Source of the DNA: an uncultured Actinomycetota bacterium
GTDB taxonomy: Bacteria; Actinomycetota; Actinomycetes; Streptosporangiales; Streptosporangiaceae
Reading direction: 5' to 3'
DNA length: 64,000 bases
NCBI GenBank assembly: GCA_963778075.1
Contig: CAVZTJ010000007.1
Location: forward strand, 4,134-68,133
The notes below the pieces were generated by a model, which ran no database searches, had not been told where the DNA came from, and saw nothing but the letters and a program-made list of their open reading frames with translations. Positions 16,092 to 24,825 of the stretch are shown here, one piece after another. Position numbers and translations under genes: made by a program. Numbering within the stretch: position 1 is the first letter of the stretch; each line of letters starts with the position of its first letter.

Positions 16092-16264
16092 CGGCGCAAA
16101 GAGCCCCCTTGGGACACGGTGCCCGGCCTTGTCCGGTTCACCGCGAGGCGGGGGGATCTCGCCGCCAGCCGCCGATCGGGCATTCTGAGGGAGCCCAAGC
16201 GGCCATTGAGTTTGGTGCCCCGTTGCGGATCTAACGGCTGATAAAGTTCGCCAAGGAGGTACAC

Positions 16265-17765
16265 ATGGCCATTGGGGATGGCGCGGCGGCGCCGGGCGGC
16301 GGGGAAATCTACATTCTGATTACCCAGTGCCTGCAGAATGACTTCTTCCTCAACCTGAACTGCCGGCTTTCGCTGCCGACAGACGCGGTGAGCAAGCTGC
16401 TCATCCACCCGATGAGTGAGAAGACGTTCAGCGAGAGTAAGAGCCGGCGCAAAATCGATGCCACCACCCTAAGAAAAGGCCCGCTCGGGCGGCTGCTGCA
16501 GGCGACGGTCGGCCAGCGGCTAGGCGGGGACGGCCAGGGAACCCTGCACCTGGTGAATATCCGCGACTGGCACACCCCGGGCGAGCACTACGACCGCGAG
16601 CGGCGTGTGTACGGAAGCCATTGCCAGGGCGGGCACCTGGGGGGCTGACTACATCGACGGCCTCACCTCACTGCTCGACCCGGACAGCATCCGCCGCCCC
16701 CTCGGCGATGTACGCACCGAGCACCCCGGCTTCGACCCCAAGGGCAGGCAGCACGGATCGGTCGTGGTCCATCACGTCCATTCCGGCACCCTGTTCGATC
16801 TGGAAAGCTTTGCTTTCAGCCCATCGGAACTGGCCCAGGTCCTTCGCGAAATCATCACACCGGAAAGTCGCGAGCATGTACGGGTCGCCGTTGTTGGCGT
16901 TTACACCGACATTAAGATCCAGGTTGTCCTGCAGAGCCTCCGCGTCGCTTACAACCTGGAGAATCTTGTTGTCTCCGATTCGCTGACGGCCAGCCCTACC
17001 CTGGAACGCCATCTCGGCGCGCTGGACTTCGTCAATAAGGTGCTCGGGGTCGAGGTCATGCACGGAGTCGGCGACCTGGCCAGATTCCTCGGCAGCGACC
17101 CGAAGGACGAGGAACTCGAGTCCTCGTCGAGCGAGATCGCCTTCGCTGACTACGCCCAGTATTTCCGGGACAAGCAGAGCATCGTATCCTATGAGGACAG
17201 CCAGCAGCGCAGCTACCGCCAGCAGATCAGCAAGAGCCTGGGCCAGACCGTGCGGCTGGTTAAGGGCACCAACGTCTTCCTGATCGGGTGCGGGGCCGTC
17301 ACGCTCGTCGCCACGGTCGTGCTGGCCGTGCTCGCGGCGATCCATCCGGGCCGGATCCCGATCGCTCTCCCGATCTCACTGCTTGGCGTCTCTGTGGCGC
17401 AGCTGGTGACGATCTTCTTCAGCCTGCCTGTCCAGGAACTGACCGCGATGCTGAACAGGGAGGCGGTGTTCCGGCTGCTGCTCGAGAGCCGGAGCCTCCG
17501 GCTGGCCCTGGCGAGATATCACCTGACCACTCCGCAGGCGCTCGACGGAGGCCAGGGAGCTAAAGCGGAAGCCGGGATCCTCAGGGACCAGCTGAACGTG
17601 CTCGCCGACCTGGACAAGGTGGACTTCGACAGGTTCGCCAGCTTCGCCGACGCCCTGAACGCCAAGGACGCCCTGAACGCGAAGAACGCCCTGAACGCCA
17701 AGGACGCCCTGAACGCCAAGGAGCAGGATGACCGCGTGGTGCCGCAACCGGATAACGCGGCGTGA
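16265..17765 (+). pseudogene. frameshifted gene: isochorismatase/nicotinamidase-like domain + 2-TM hairpin + ALNAK[DN] repeat tail
   Basis: Strong SD aaggagg 7 nt before ATG 16265. Track ORFs 16265..16648 and 16605..17765 join into one protein if one base is removed in ggcggg (about 16628-16634): ...RDWHTPGEHYDRERRVYGSHCQG|GTWGADYIDGL, matching the PncA pattern DxHx5H...HC.GT.GA. Codon third positions are visibly more A/T-rich than in neighbouring genes. Confidence 0.7.
17649..17720 (+). repeat. 18-nt tandem repeat x4 (gacgccctgaacgccaag) encoding DALNAK
   Basis: Units at 17649-17666, 17667-17684, 17685-17702 and 17703-17720, in frame, near the C-terminus of the 16265 gene. Confidence 0.9.
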
Positions 17766-17890
17766 TCGGGCGGCCAGGCCTAGCGCGCCCCGGCGGTCTT
17801 CGCGATCGTCACCAGCGACAGGCCGGACAGCGTTGCCCCGTGGCGATCGCCGCCCCGCGCGGCGCCGCGGATCCGGCGGCCGGGGCGTAG

Positions 17891-18340
17891 GCGCTGACCT
17901 GCCCGGTCACGCCCGCCGAGCTGCTCAGCGTTGATCCCGGCAAGCTGCGCGAGGCCGGGCTGTCCTGGCGGAAGATCGGCACGCTCCGCGACCTCGCCGC
18001 GCGCCTGGAGGACGGCAGGCTCAGCCAGGACGTCCTCAGCAGCCTGCCCGACGACGAACTCCTCGCGGAACTAACCAAGATCCCCGGTATCGGCCCCTGG
18101 ACCGTGCAGGGCGCAATGCTCATCGCGCTCGGCCGGGAGGATGTCGTCCTTCCGGGCGACCTCGCACTCCGCAAGGCCGTCCAGGCCGCCTATGGGCTCG
18201 ACCATCTCCCGCCCCAGGAGGAGGTCCTCGCGATCGCCGGGAAGTGGCGGCCGTACCGCAGCCTCGCGACCAGTTACCTGTTCTCCGCCGCCTTCGAGTC
18301 CGCCCGGGCGCCGTCGGCCGCCGAACCTGAAAGTTCTTAA
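17891..18340 (+). pseudogene. HhH-GPD DNA glycosylase (AlkA/3-methyladenine glycosylase II-like), N-terminus missing
   Basis: The frame opens just after the TAG at 17888-17890 with no start codon. PAELLSVDPGKLREAGLSWRKIGTLRDLA...IPGIGPWTVQGAMLIALGREDVVLPGDLALRKA is the HhH-GPD core. Track ORF 18104..18340 is its tail. Confidence 0.7.
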
Positions 18341-18341
18341 C

Positions 18342-18842
18342 GTGCCTGAACGGGTCGCCGTCATCACCGGCGGCGCCGGTGCCATCGGTACGTCGATCAC
18401 AACGGCGCTGCGGGAAATCGGCCACCGCACTGTGATCCTCGACCGGGACGCCGACGTCGCCTGCGACCTGTCGTCCGAAGCGTCAACCCGCGCCGCCGCG
18501 GCCACCGTGCTCGAGCGCTACGGCCGCTGCGACGTGCTCGTGCACTGCGCCGCGGCTTTCGACCGGGCGACGATCGTCGAAGTCGACGCGGCGACCTGGC
18601 GCCGGGTACAGGCCGTCAACGTCGAGTCGGCGTTGTGGCTGGTGCAGGCGTTCGCCCCGGGCATGGCCGAGCGGCGATTCGGCCGCATCGTGTTCATCGC
18701 CTCCGACACCGTCTGGGCCCCGCCGAACCCGGCGATGCTGGCGTACATCGCGAGCAAGGGCGCGCCGCCAGCTCAGCTGACCACTCCGGATACGATCGGC
18801 CGGTGCTGCTTCCCGAGCATCCGATTGAGACCGCCCGGCTGA
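18342..18842 (+). pseudogene. short-chain dehydrogenase/reductase, truncated after the YxxxK motif
   Basis: GTG 18342: VAVITGGAGAIGTS...GRIVFIASD...YIASKGA, then non-homologous PPAQLTTPDTIGRCCF from about 18768. The last third of the fold is absent. Confidence 0.6.
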
Positions 18843-19369
18843 CTCTGCGCTTCTTCGCACCAGCCGACTTCGATGATCTCTATGCCTACCAGTCCCGCCC
18901 GGACGTGGCACGTTACCTGCACTGGCATGCCCGTGACCCCGCGCAGGTGCGGCAGGCCCTGGGCCAGCAGTGCGGCGAGACCAGCCTGGAGACCGAGGGT
19001 GACTGGCTGACGTTCGCGGTGGTGTGGCGCGAGGCCGGGAGGGTGATCGGCGAGGTTGGCCTGAGGCGGCTGAGCCGCGAGCACCGGCTGGGGGAGACCG
19101 GGTTCGTCTTCAACCCGGACTACCAGGGCCGGGGCCTGGCCACCGAGGCGGCCGAGGCAATGCTCGCGCTGGGGTTCGACAGCCTGAGGTGGCACCGGAT
19201 CATCGGTTCTTGCGACGCCCGCAACGACCGGTCAGCGCGGCTGATGGTGCGGATCGGCATGCGCCGGGAGGCACACTTCGTCGAGAACGAGTTCGTGAAG
19301 GGGCGGTGGGCGGACGAGCTTGTCTACGCGATGCTCGACCGCGAGTGGCAGGCACGACGGTCTGCATGA
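18803..19369 (+). CDS. GNAT N-acetyltransferase (RimJ/RimL-like)
   Basis: GTG 18803: LLPEHPIETARLTLRFFAPADFDDLYAYQSRPDVARYL...NPDYQGRGLATEAAEAML...ARNDRSARLMVRIGMRRE. Confidence 0.8.
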   Translation: MLLPEHPIETARLTLRFFAPADFDDLYAYQSRPDVARYLHWHARDPAQVRQALGQQCGETSLETEGDWLTFAVVWREAGRVIGEVGLRRLSREHRLGETGFVFNPDYQGRGLATEAAEAMLALGFDSLRWHRIIGSCDARNDRSARLMVRIGMRREAHFVENEFVKGRWADELVYAMLDREWQARRSA

Positions 19370-19482
19370 CGGTATGGCCCCAGAGGCTCGCCGGAGCATA
19401 ACCATCGGTCTCTGAACCCAATTGCCGAATCAGATATGATAATTCCCGGTTATTGCCGAATCTGATGCGGGGGCGTCTCGTG

Positions 19483-19956
19483 ATGGACTCGACCGACCGG
19501 GACCTGCTCGCCCTGCTGCAGCACGACGCGGCTCAGTCGTACGCGGGCCTGGGCGAGGCGGTCGGGCTGTCCGCCGGCGCGGCGCACGAGCGGGTCCGCA
19601 AGCTGCGGGAGCGGGGGGTGATCCGCCGCACCACCGTCGCCGTCGACCCGTCGGCCCTGGGTCTTGACGTCCTGGCCTTCGTGCTGGTGCAGGCGGGTGC
19701 CTGGGTCGGGGATGACAGCACCCGCGCGAGACTGGCAGCGCTGCCCGAGGTCGAGGAGGCGCACGTGATCGCGGGCCGGGCGTCGCTGCTGCTCAAGATC
19801 AGGACGGCCAGCCCGCGGGCCCTGCAGGACACGCTGCGCCGGATCTACCACACGGACGGGATCACGGGCACCGAAGCGATCATGGTGCTCGAGACCTTCT
19901 TCGAGCGCCCGGCCGACCCGCGCGAGCCCAGGCCGCAAGACGCGGAGGACCGGTGA
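19483..19956 (+). CDS. Lrp/AsnC-family transcriptional regulator
   Basis: MDSTDRDLLALLQHDAAQSYAGLGEAVGLSAGAAHERVRKLRERGVI plus the AsnC ligand-binding fold. Track ORF starts at 19453. Confidence 0.85.
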   Translation: MDSTDRDLLALLQHDAAQSYAGLGEAVGLSAGAAHERVRKLRERGVIRRTTVAVDPSALGLDVLAFVLVQAGAWVGDDSTRARLAALPEVEEAHVIAGRASLLLKIRTASPRALQDTLRRIYHTDGITGTEAIMVLETFFERPADPREPRPQDAEDR

Positions 19957-20867
19957 GCGCGGCGCTGGCCTACAACGGCCTGGCCCTCGACCGCGTGCTG
20001 GGTCGCCGGGACGCCCCGGAGTGGATCGAGGGCGTGCTGGCCCGCCCAGCATCCCGGGTGATCCCGTTCTGGCGCGACGGCTGCCTGCTGCGCGACCTTG
20101 CCGGACCCCGGCCCGTGATGCTCGCCGCCCAAGCGGCCAAGGCGGTGCTGGAGCACGCCGCGCTCTGCGTGTTCCTCGGGCTGGACGGTGAGGCCGGCGT
20201 CTTTGCCGCGGACCTGTCGGGGCTGGACCGGGCCGAGGCGCTGACGCTGGCCGGGGCGACCGAGGTGCTGGACGTGCGCCGGCTGGTCGCCTCGCTGGAT
20301 CCCGCGCTGGCCAGCACCCTCGCCCTTGGCCGTGGGCTGCTGCGCTGGAACCGGGAGCAGCAGTTCTGCGGCGCCTGCGGCCAGCCCGCCGAGAGTGAAC
20401 GCGGCGGTGTGCAGCGCCGCTGCACCGGCGAGGACTGCGACAGGCTGCTGTTCCCCCGGATCGAGCCTGCGGTGATCGCGCTGGTCGAGTCGCCGGGCGA
20501 ACCGCGCAGGTGCCTGCTGGCCCGGCACGCCCAGTCGGTGAGCGGGGCGTACGCGCTCTTGGCCGGCTTCGTCGAGATCGGTGAGTCGCTGGAGGACGCG
20601 GTGCGCCGAGAGGTGGCCGAGGAGACCGGTGTGCTGATCGGCGGAGTCCGGTACGTGGCCTCGCAGGCCTGGCCGTTCCCGGCTGGGCTGATGGTCGGGT
20701 TCCGGGCCCGGGCGGTCACCGAGGCGATCACCGTTGACCCCTCCGAGCTGGAAGAGGCCCGCTGGCTCGGCCGTGCCGAGCTGGCCGATTATCTGAGCCG
20801 TCACCCCGGCAGGGGCGACTCGATCGAGAGCTTCCTGGTCGGTTCGTGGCTCACCGAGGGCGACTGA
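19953..20867 (+). CDS. nudC: NAD(+) diphosphatase (NADH pyrophosphatase)
   Basis: Zinc ribbon FCGACGQP...RRCTGEDCDRLLFPRIEP followed by the Nudix box GFVEIGESLEDAVRREVAEETGV. GTGA overlap with the Lrp gene. Confidence 0.85.
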   Translation: MSAALAYNGLALDRVLGRRDAPEWIEGVLARPASRVIPFWRDGCLLRDLAGPRPVMLAAQAAKAVLEHAALCVFLGLDGEAGVFAADLSGLDRAEALTLAGATEVLDVRRLVASLDPALASTLALGRGLLRWNREQQFCGACGQPAESERGGVQRRCTGEDCDRLLFPRIEPAVIALVESPGEPRRCLLARHAQSVSGAYALLAGFVEIGESLEDAVRREVAEETGVLIGGVRYVASQAWPFPAGLMVGFRARAVTEAITVDPSELEEARWLGRAELADYLSRHPGRGDSIESFLVGSWLTEGD

Positions 20868-20974
20868 CGACCGGCGCGCCTGTGTGCGGAGACGTTATTT
20901 AACGGGCATATCTGGTCAATGTCGTTACTTTGGAGTAACTTTCAGATCGCGGCGATTGGCCGTGACGCTTCCCA

Positions 20975-22010
20975 TTGACGTGTTGCCGTCCCCGAGGCCG
21001 GCTGGCCTGCGGGCCATCGAGGAGGAGTCATGTCGCTGTTACCCGCGCATCGCCGGAGCATGCGCCGGGTTGGGCAGTCGGCGCTGACCAGTACACCCCG
21101 AGCAGCGGGTATCCCACGCTCACCCCGGTCGCGTACCGGTGGAATGGCGGCAGGTGGGTGAGCACTCCAATCGCCGATCCCGCCGCATCCGAGGGATTCG
21201 GCTCGGTGGCCGATGGCGGTGCCGGGGATGTCTGGGCGGTTGGCGCGCAAACCGACAACCCGCAAGTGGACCCTTATCAGCCCCGGATCCGGCACTGGGA
21301 CGGCAGTGCCTGGCAGGTAACCCCGTTCCCCGGTGACACCGAGACAACCGACGACCTGCAGCTCAACCAGGTGGCGGCTGCCGGGGGCAAGGCATGGATC
21401 GCCGCGCTGGATGGGGTGAACGGCGGAATCTTCAGCTGGGATGGGACCAGCTGGACGCTGCAGCAGTTCAGCAGCGCGTACGAACTCTGGGGCGTCACGG
21501 CGATCAGCGCGGCCGACGCCTGGACGGTCGGTTACAGCAGCGACAACAGCACACTCGCCCTGCACTGGAACGGCACGACCTGGCAGGACGAGTCACCGGT
21601 GAATCAGACCGTCAACCTCCAGGATGTCGCTGCCTCCGGGCCCGACAACGTGTGGGCCGCCGGCATCTACTACAACTCCGACGGAACCGGCCCGTACCTG
21701 GCCGCCGATCACTGGAATGGCACGTCGTGGACCGAGCACCCGATCCCGGACCTGCCCGGAATGGGGACTATGTCTTCCCGCTTAGCCTTACCGTCGACAA
21801 TTCGGGCGAGCCGTGGATCGCGGCCTACAGCAACGCCGCGGACCGCACGGCCTACTTCCACTGGGATGGCTCAGCCTGGCAGGTCAGTTACGGCGTATCC
21901 CAGCCTGGCGTGATCGAGTCCTACAGCGACGCGCTGGCCACTCTTCCGGGCCGTGGCGCGATCCTGAGCGCGGGGACATGCACCCGGTTCGCCACACTGG
22001 CCGCCCTGAA
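20975..22010 (+). pseudogene. six-repeat W(D/N)G(S/T)xW beta-propeller-like protein, frameshifted
   Basis: Repeats YRWNGGRW, RHWDGSAW, FSWDGTSW, LHWNGTTW, DHWNGTSW and FHWDGSAW lie about 45-50 aa apart. The frame breaks at about 21755-21762 (ctgcccggaatgggg), between track ORFs 20975..21913 and 21394..22356. The SD-ATG at 21030 is in a third frame. Confidence 0.55.
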
Positions 22011-22330
22011 TGCGGGTGCGCAGCCAGTGCCCGACGTCGGCGGCCATCGGCGGATGGCTGAGCGTGGCCGGGGACCGGGACCGCAGGTACTTCCGGCACG
22101 TCGCCAGCTCTGCCCGCCACCCCGCGAACAACGCCGCCACCTGCACCGCGGACGGCGGGATCCGCAGCGCCGCCCGGCCTGCCCCCCGGGGCCGGTTCAT
22201 CTCATCGACCGGGCACTCCGCCACCCGCCCGGTCATCTGGTGCAGCTCGACCTTGTGCCGGATCTCCAGGAACAGGAAATAGGTCCGCAGCGCCTGCGAG
22301 CGGCCCAGCCGGGTGTGAAAGAGACGCACC
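22010..22330 (-). pseudogene. unidentified coding remnant on the minus strand (no start codon)
   Basis: Part of track ORF 21871..22404(-): HTRLGRSQALRTYFLFLEIRHKVELHQMTGRVAECPVDEMN...AALFAGWRAELATCRKYLRS. Third positions are almost all G/C by eye, which argues that this is the real frame here. Family not recognised. Confidence 0.35.
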
Positions 22331-22487
22331 AGACGTCGTGTACCTGGAGAACATGACCAGCAACATCTACGTGGAACGTGAGGCCGAGGTTTTCCTATAT
22401 ACACTGGCGTTCGATCGTCTGACCAGCATGGCCATGGGGCCAGAGGACTCAGTTAGCTTGATCACCGAGCTAGCCGACCACCTCTAG
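22323..22487 (+). pseudogene. C-terminal approx 55 codons of an XRE/DUF5753 regulator (rest deleted)
   Basis: DAPDVVYLENMTSNIYVEREAEVFLYTLAFDRLTSMAMGPEDSVSLITELADHL* matches the usual DUF5753 C-terminus (..VVYLE...lYlE.pe.v..Y...Fd.L...AL.pe.S..LI). No HTH and no start codon. Confidence 0.5.
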
Positions 22488-22505
22488 CGAGAGGAGGCGC
22501 AGGCA

Positions 22506-22706
22506 ATGCATGATCTGCGCCGCGCCGAGTGGCGCACCAGCACCTTCAGCGGCGGTAACGGAAGCTGTGTAGAGGTCGCCAGCAACCTGCCCGGCATCAT
22601 CGCCGTACGAGACAGCAAGGACCGTCAAGGCCCGGCACTAGTGTTCACACCCGACGAGTGGACTGCGTTCCTGGCCGGGGTCCGCGCTAACGAGTTCCAC
22701 CTCTAA
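22506..22706 (+). CDS. DUF397 domain-containing protein
   Basis: WRTSTFSGGNGSCVEVA...IAVRDSKDRQGPALVFTPDEWTAFLAGVR is the DUF397 signature. Confidence 0.85.
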   Translation: MHDLRRAEWRTSTFSGGNGSCVEVASNLPGIIAVRDSKDRQGPALVFTPDEWTAFLAGVRANEFHL

Positions 22707-22730
22707 CCGGACCACACACCGAACAGCACC

Positions 22731-22769
22731 AAGAAGCCCTCTGCCTCACGATACGGCGGGGGCTTCTTT
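22731..22769 (+). terminator. stem-loop with T-tail after the DUF397 gene
   Basis: aagaagccc (22731-22739) pairs with gggcttctt (22760-22768), followed by t. Confidence 0.55.
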
Positions 22770-22936
22770 CGTCGCACGTCGGCTGTCCAGCCCGTGATAC
22801 AGGGGCCTGAGGGCTGGGGGTTGTCGGCGGTTGTGGGGTCGTGGCCGTTGTCCGTGAGGATGGCGGCGGCAGCCCGAGGGCCCGATCATGAAATGACGGG
22901 TGGGGAGGTGCCGGATGCGGGCGTCGGAGGTGCCGG

Positions 22937-24040
22937 ATGATTGAGGATTCTGGGCTGGTCGTGCGCGACGTGACGGTGCGCTCGGTCGTTGTTCCTCTGC
23001 GGCGTCCGCTGGCCACGCGGGTGGGGGACTTCCCGCGCTGGCCGCTGCTGCTCATCGACGTCACCACCGAGCAGGGCATCACCGGCCGCGGCTACATCGG
23101 CCCGTACCTGGACCGGGCGGCCGCGGCGCTGGTTCCGGCGATCCGGGACCTGGGCGCGGCTATGCGGGGGCGCGCCGCCGCCCCGGCTGCCGCCTACCAG
23201 GCGGCGCGCGGCTGGTTCGGGCTGGCCGGCTATCAGGGCCTGGCCCTGGGCGCAGTGGCCGGGCTCGACATCGCGCTGTGGGACGCGCTGGCCAAGGCGG
23301 CCGGGCTGCCGCTGGCGCGGCTGCTCGGCGGGACCACGGAGCCGGTACCCGCCTACAACAGCAACGGGCTTGGGCTGATCCCGCCCGACGCCGCCGGTGA
23401 CGAGGCCCTGGAACTGCTCGCCGAGGGCGGGTTCACCGCGCTGAAGGTGCGCGTGGGGCGGGCGCACGCCGCCGACGACCTTGCCGCGGTGCGCAAGGTC
23501 AGGGACGCGATCGGGGACGAGGTGACCCTGGTCGCCGACTACAACCAGGGACTGACCCTGAACGAGGCGCTGGAGCGCTGCCGCGCTCTGGACGGGGAGG
23601 GCCTGACCTGGATCGAGGAGCCGCTGCGTTACGACGACCTGGACGGGCACGCCCGGGTCGCCCGGGACATCGCCACGCCGGTCATGCTGGGAGAGAACTT
23701 CTACGGCCCGCGTGCCATGCACGACGCGATCCGGGCGCAGGCCTGCGACCTGGTCATGCCGGACTTGATGCGGATCGGCGGGGTGACCGGCTGGCTGCAG
23801 GCGGCGGCGGTCGCCGACGTGGCCTGCCTGCCGATGTCCTCGCACCTGTACCCGGAGGTGTCCGGGCACCTGCTGCGGGTCACCCCGACCCGGCACTGGC
23901 TGGAGTGGCAGGACTGGGCCAATCCGGTGCTCAAGCAGCCGTTCGAGGTCCGCTCCGGCCAGCTGCAGCTGCCCGACGTGCCGGGCAGCGGACTGGACTG
24001 GGACGAGGATGCTGTCGCGCACTACCGAGCCGAGCCCTGA
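22937..24040 (+). CDS. mandelate racemase/muconate lactonizing enzyme family protein (enolase superfamily)
   Basis: FTALKVRVG, LVADYNQGL, LTWIEEP and DLVMPDLMRIGGVTG supply the metal ligands and catalytic motifs of the MR/MLE subgroup. Confidence 0.9.
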   Translation: MIEDSGLVVRDVTVRSVVVPLRRPLATRVGDFPRWPLLLIDVTTEQGITGRGYIGPYLDRAAAALVPAIRDLGAAMRGRAAAPAAAYQAARGWFGLAGYQGLALGAVAGLDIALWDALAKAAGLPLARLLGGTTEPVPAYNSNGLGLIPPDAAGDEALELLAEGGFTALKVRVGRAHAADDLAAVRKVRDAIGDEVTLVADYNQGLTLNEALERCRALDGEGLTWIEEPLRYDDLDGHARVARDIATPVMLGENFYGPRAMHDAIRAQACDLVMPDLMRIGGVTGWLQAAAVADVACLPMSSHLYPEVSGHLLRVTPTRHWLEWQDWANPVLKQPFEVRSGQLQLPDVPGSGLDWDEDAVAHYRAEP

Positions 24041-24151
24041 CAGAATGACCGGCCGGTACGCTGGACCGCCCGGTGAGCACCCGGCCGGCCACACGGCGTA
24101 GCGTTCAAGGTAAGTATCTTGATTTGTCAGTTCCTCCAGACCACAGGAGGC

Positions 24152-24445
24152 ATGGTGACTGAGGAGTTTCACCGCGACCGCCGGCAGCACGGCGGGGCGC
24201 CGCAGCGTATTGATGACGACCGGCTTGAACGGCTGACCGAGGAAGAGCGCGTCGAGGCCGGCCTCGATCCCTATGACCCGGACGAGGTGCCGCCCGCCAC
24301 GGACACACCGCCGCAGCCGTTCGACGTCACCGAGACCGACGTCTACGAGGAGGAGCGGGCCGAGATCAAGCGCGAATACGACAAGGATGAGCTCGAGATG
24401 GAGCACGAGCGCAGCCCATTCCCCCCATCTCACTACGACAGGTGA
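24152..24445 (+). CDS. acidic hypothetical protein (97 aa)
   Basis: SD aggagg then ATG 24152 (track ORF 24119). Glu/Asp/Pro-rich. Confidence 0.6.
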   Translation: MVTEEFHRDRRQHGGAPQRIDDDRLERLTEEERVEAGLDPYDPDEVPPATDTPPQPFDVTETDVYEEERAEIKREYDKDELEMEHERSPFPPSHYDR

Positions 24446-24723
24446 CGCCGCAGATGCCCGAGCCTGAGCACCTCAACGACCACCACCGGGACACACTCCG
24501 GCAGATCTTCCAGCACCCCACGAGCCACAACATCGAGTGGCGGGCCGTGCGGTCGCTGCTCGATAACGTCGGCTCGGTGACTGAGCAGCACGACGGCAAG
24601 CTCGCCATCACCGTGGGGTCGCAGACGGAGTTCTTCCACCCGGCGGGGCAGAAGGACGTGGACGTCCAGACCGTCGTCGACCTGCGTCATCTTCTGGGCA
24701 CCGCCGGATTCGGCCCGGGCTAG
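24442..24723 (+). CDS. hypothetical protein (93 aa)
   Basis: GTG 24442 overlaps the preceding stop (GTGA), indicating translational coupling. Confidence 0.6.
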   Translation: MTPQMPEPEHLNDHHRDTLRQIFQHPTSHNIEWRAVRSLLDNVGSVTEQHDGKLAITVGSQTEFFHPAGQKDVDVQTVVDLRHLLGTAGFGPG

Positions 24724-24825
24724 CGCGGATCGCCGGCCGGGCCGCGTCACGGCGTTCGGCGAAATGAGCCGGCGTTACGGTGGCACGGACTTATCATCGC
24801 TATCGCCCGGCAGTCGGAGGTGGCG

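Noticed and set aside
19953-20867. Functional link between NudC (NADH pyrophosphatase) and the nicotinamidase-like gene at 16265 as one NAD-centred system
   Set aside because: The two genes are separated by about 2 kb of gene remnants and unrelated genes. NudC is translationally coupled to an Lrp regulator and has native-looking codon usage. The proximity is more likely coincidental.
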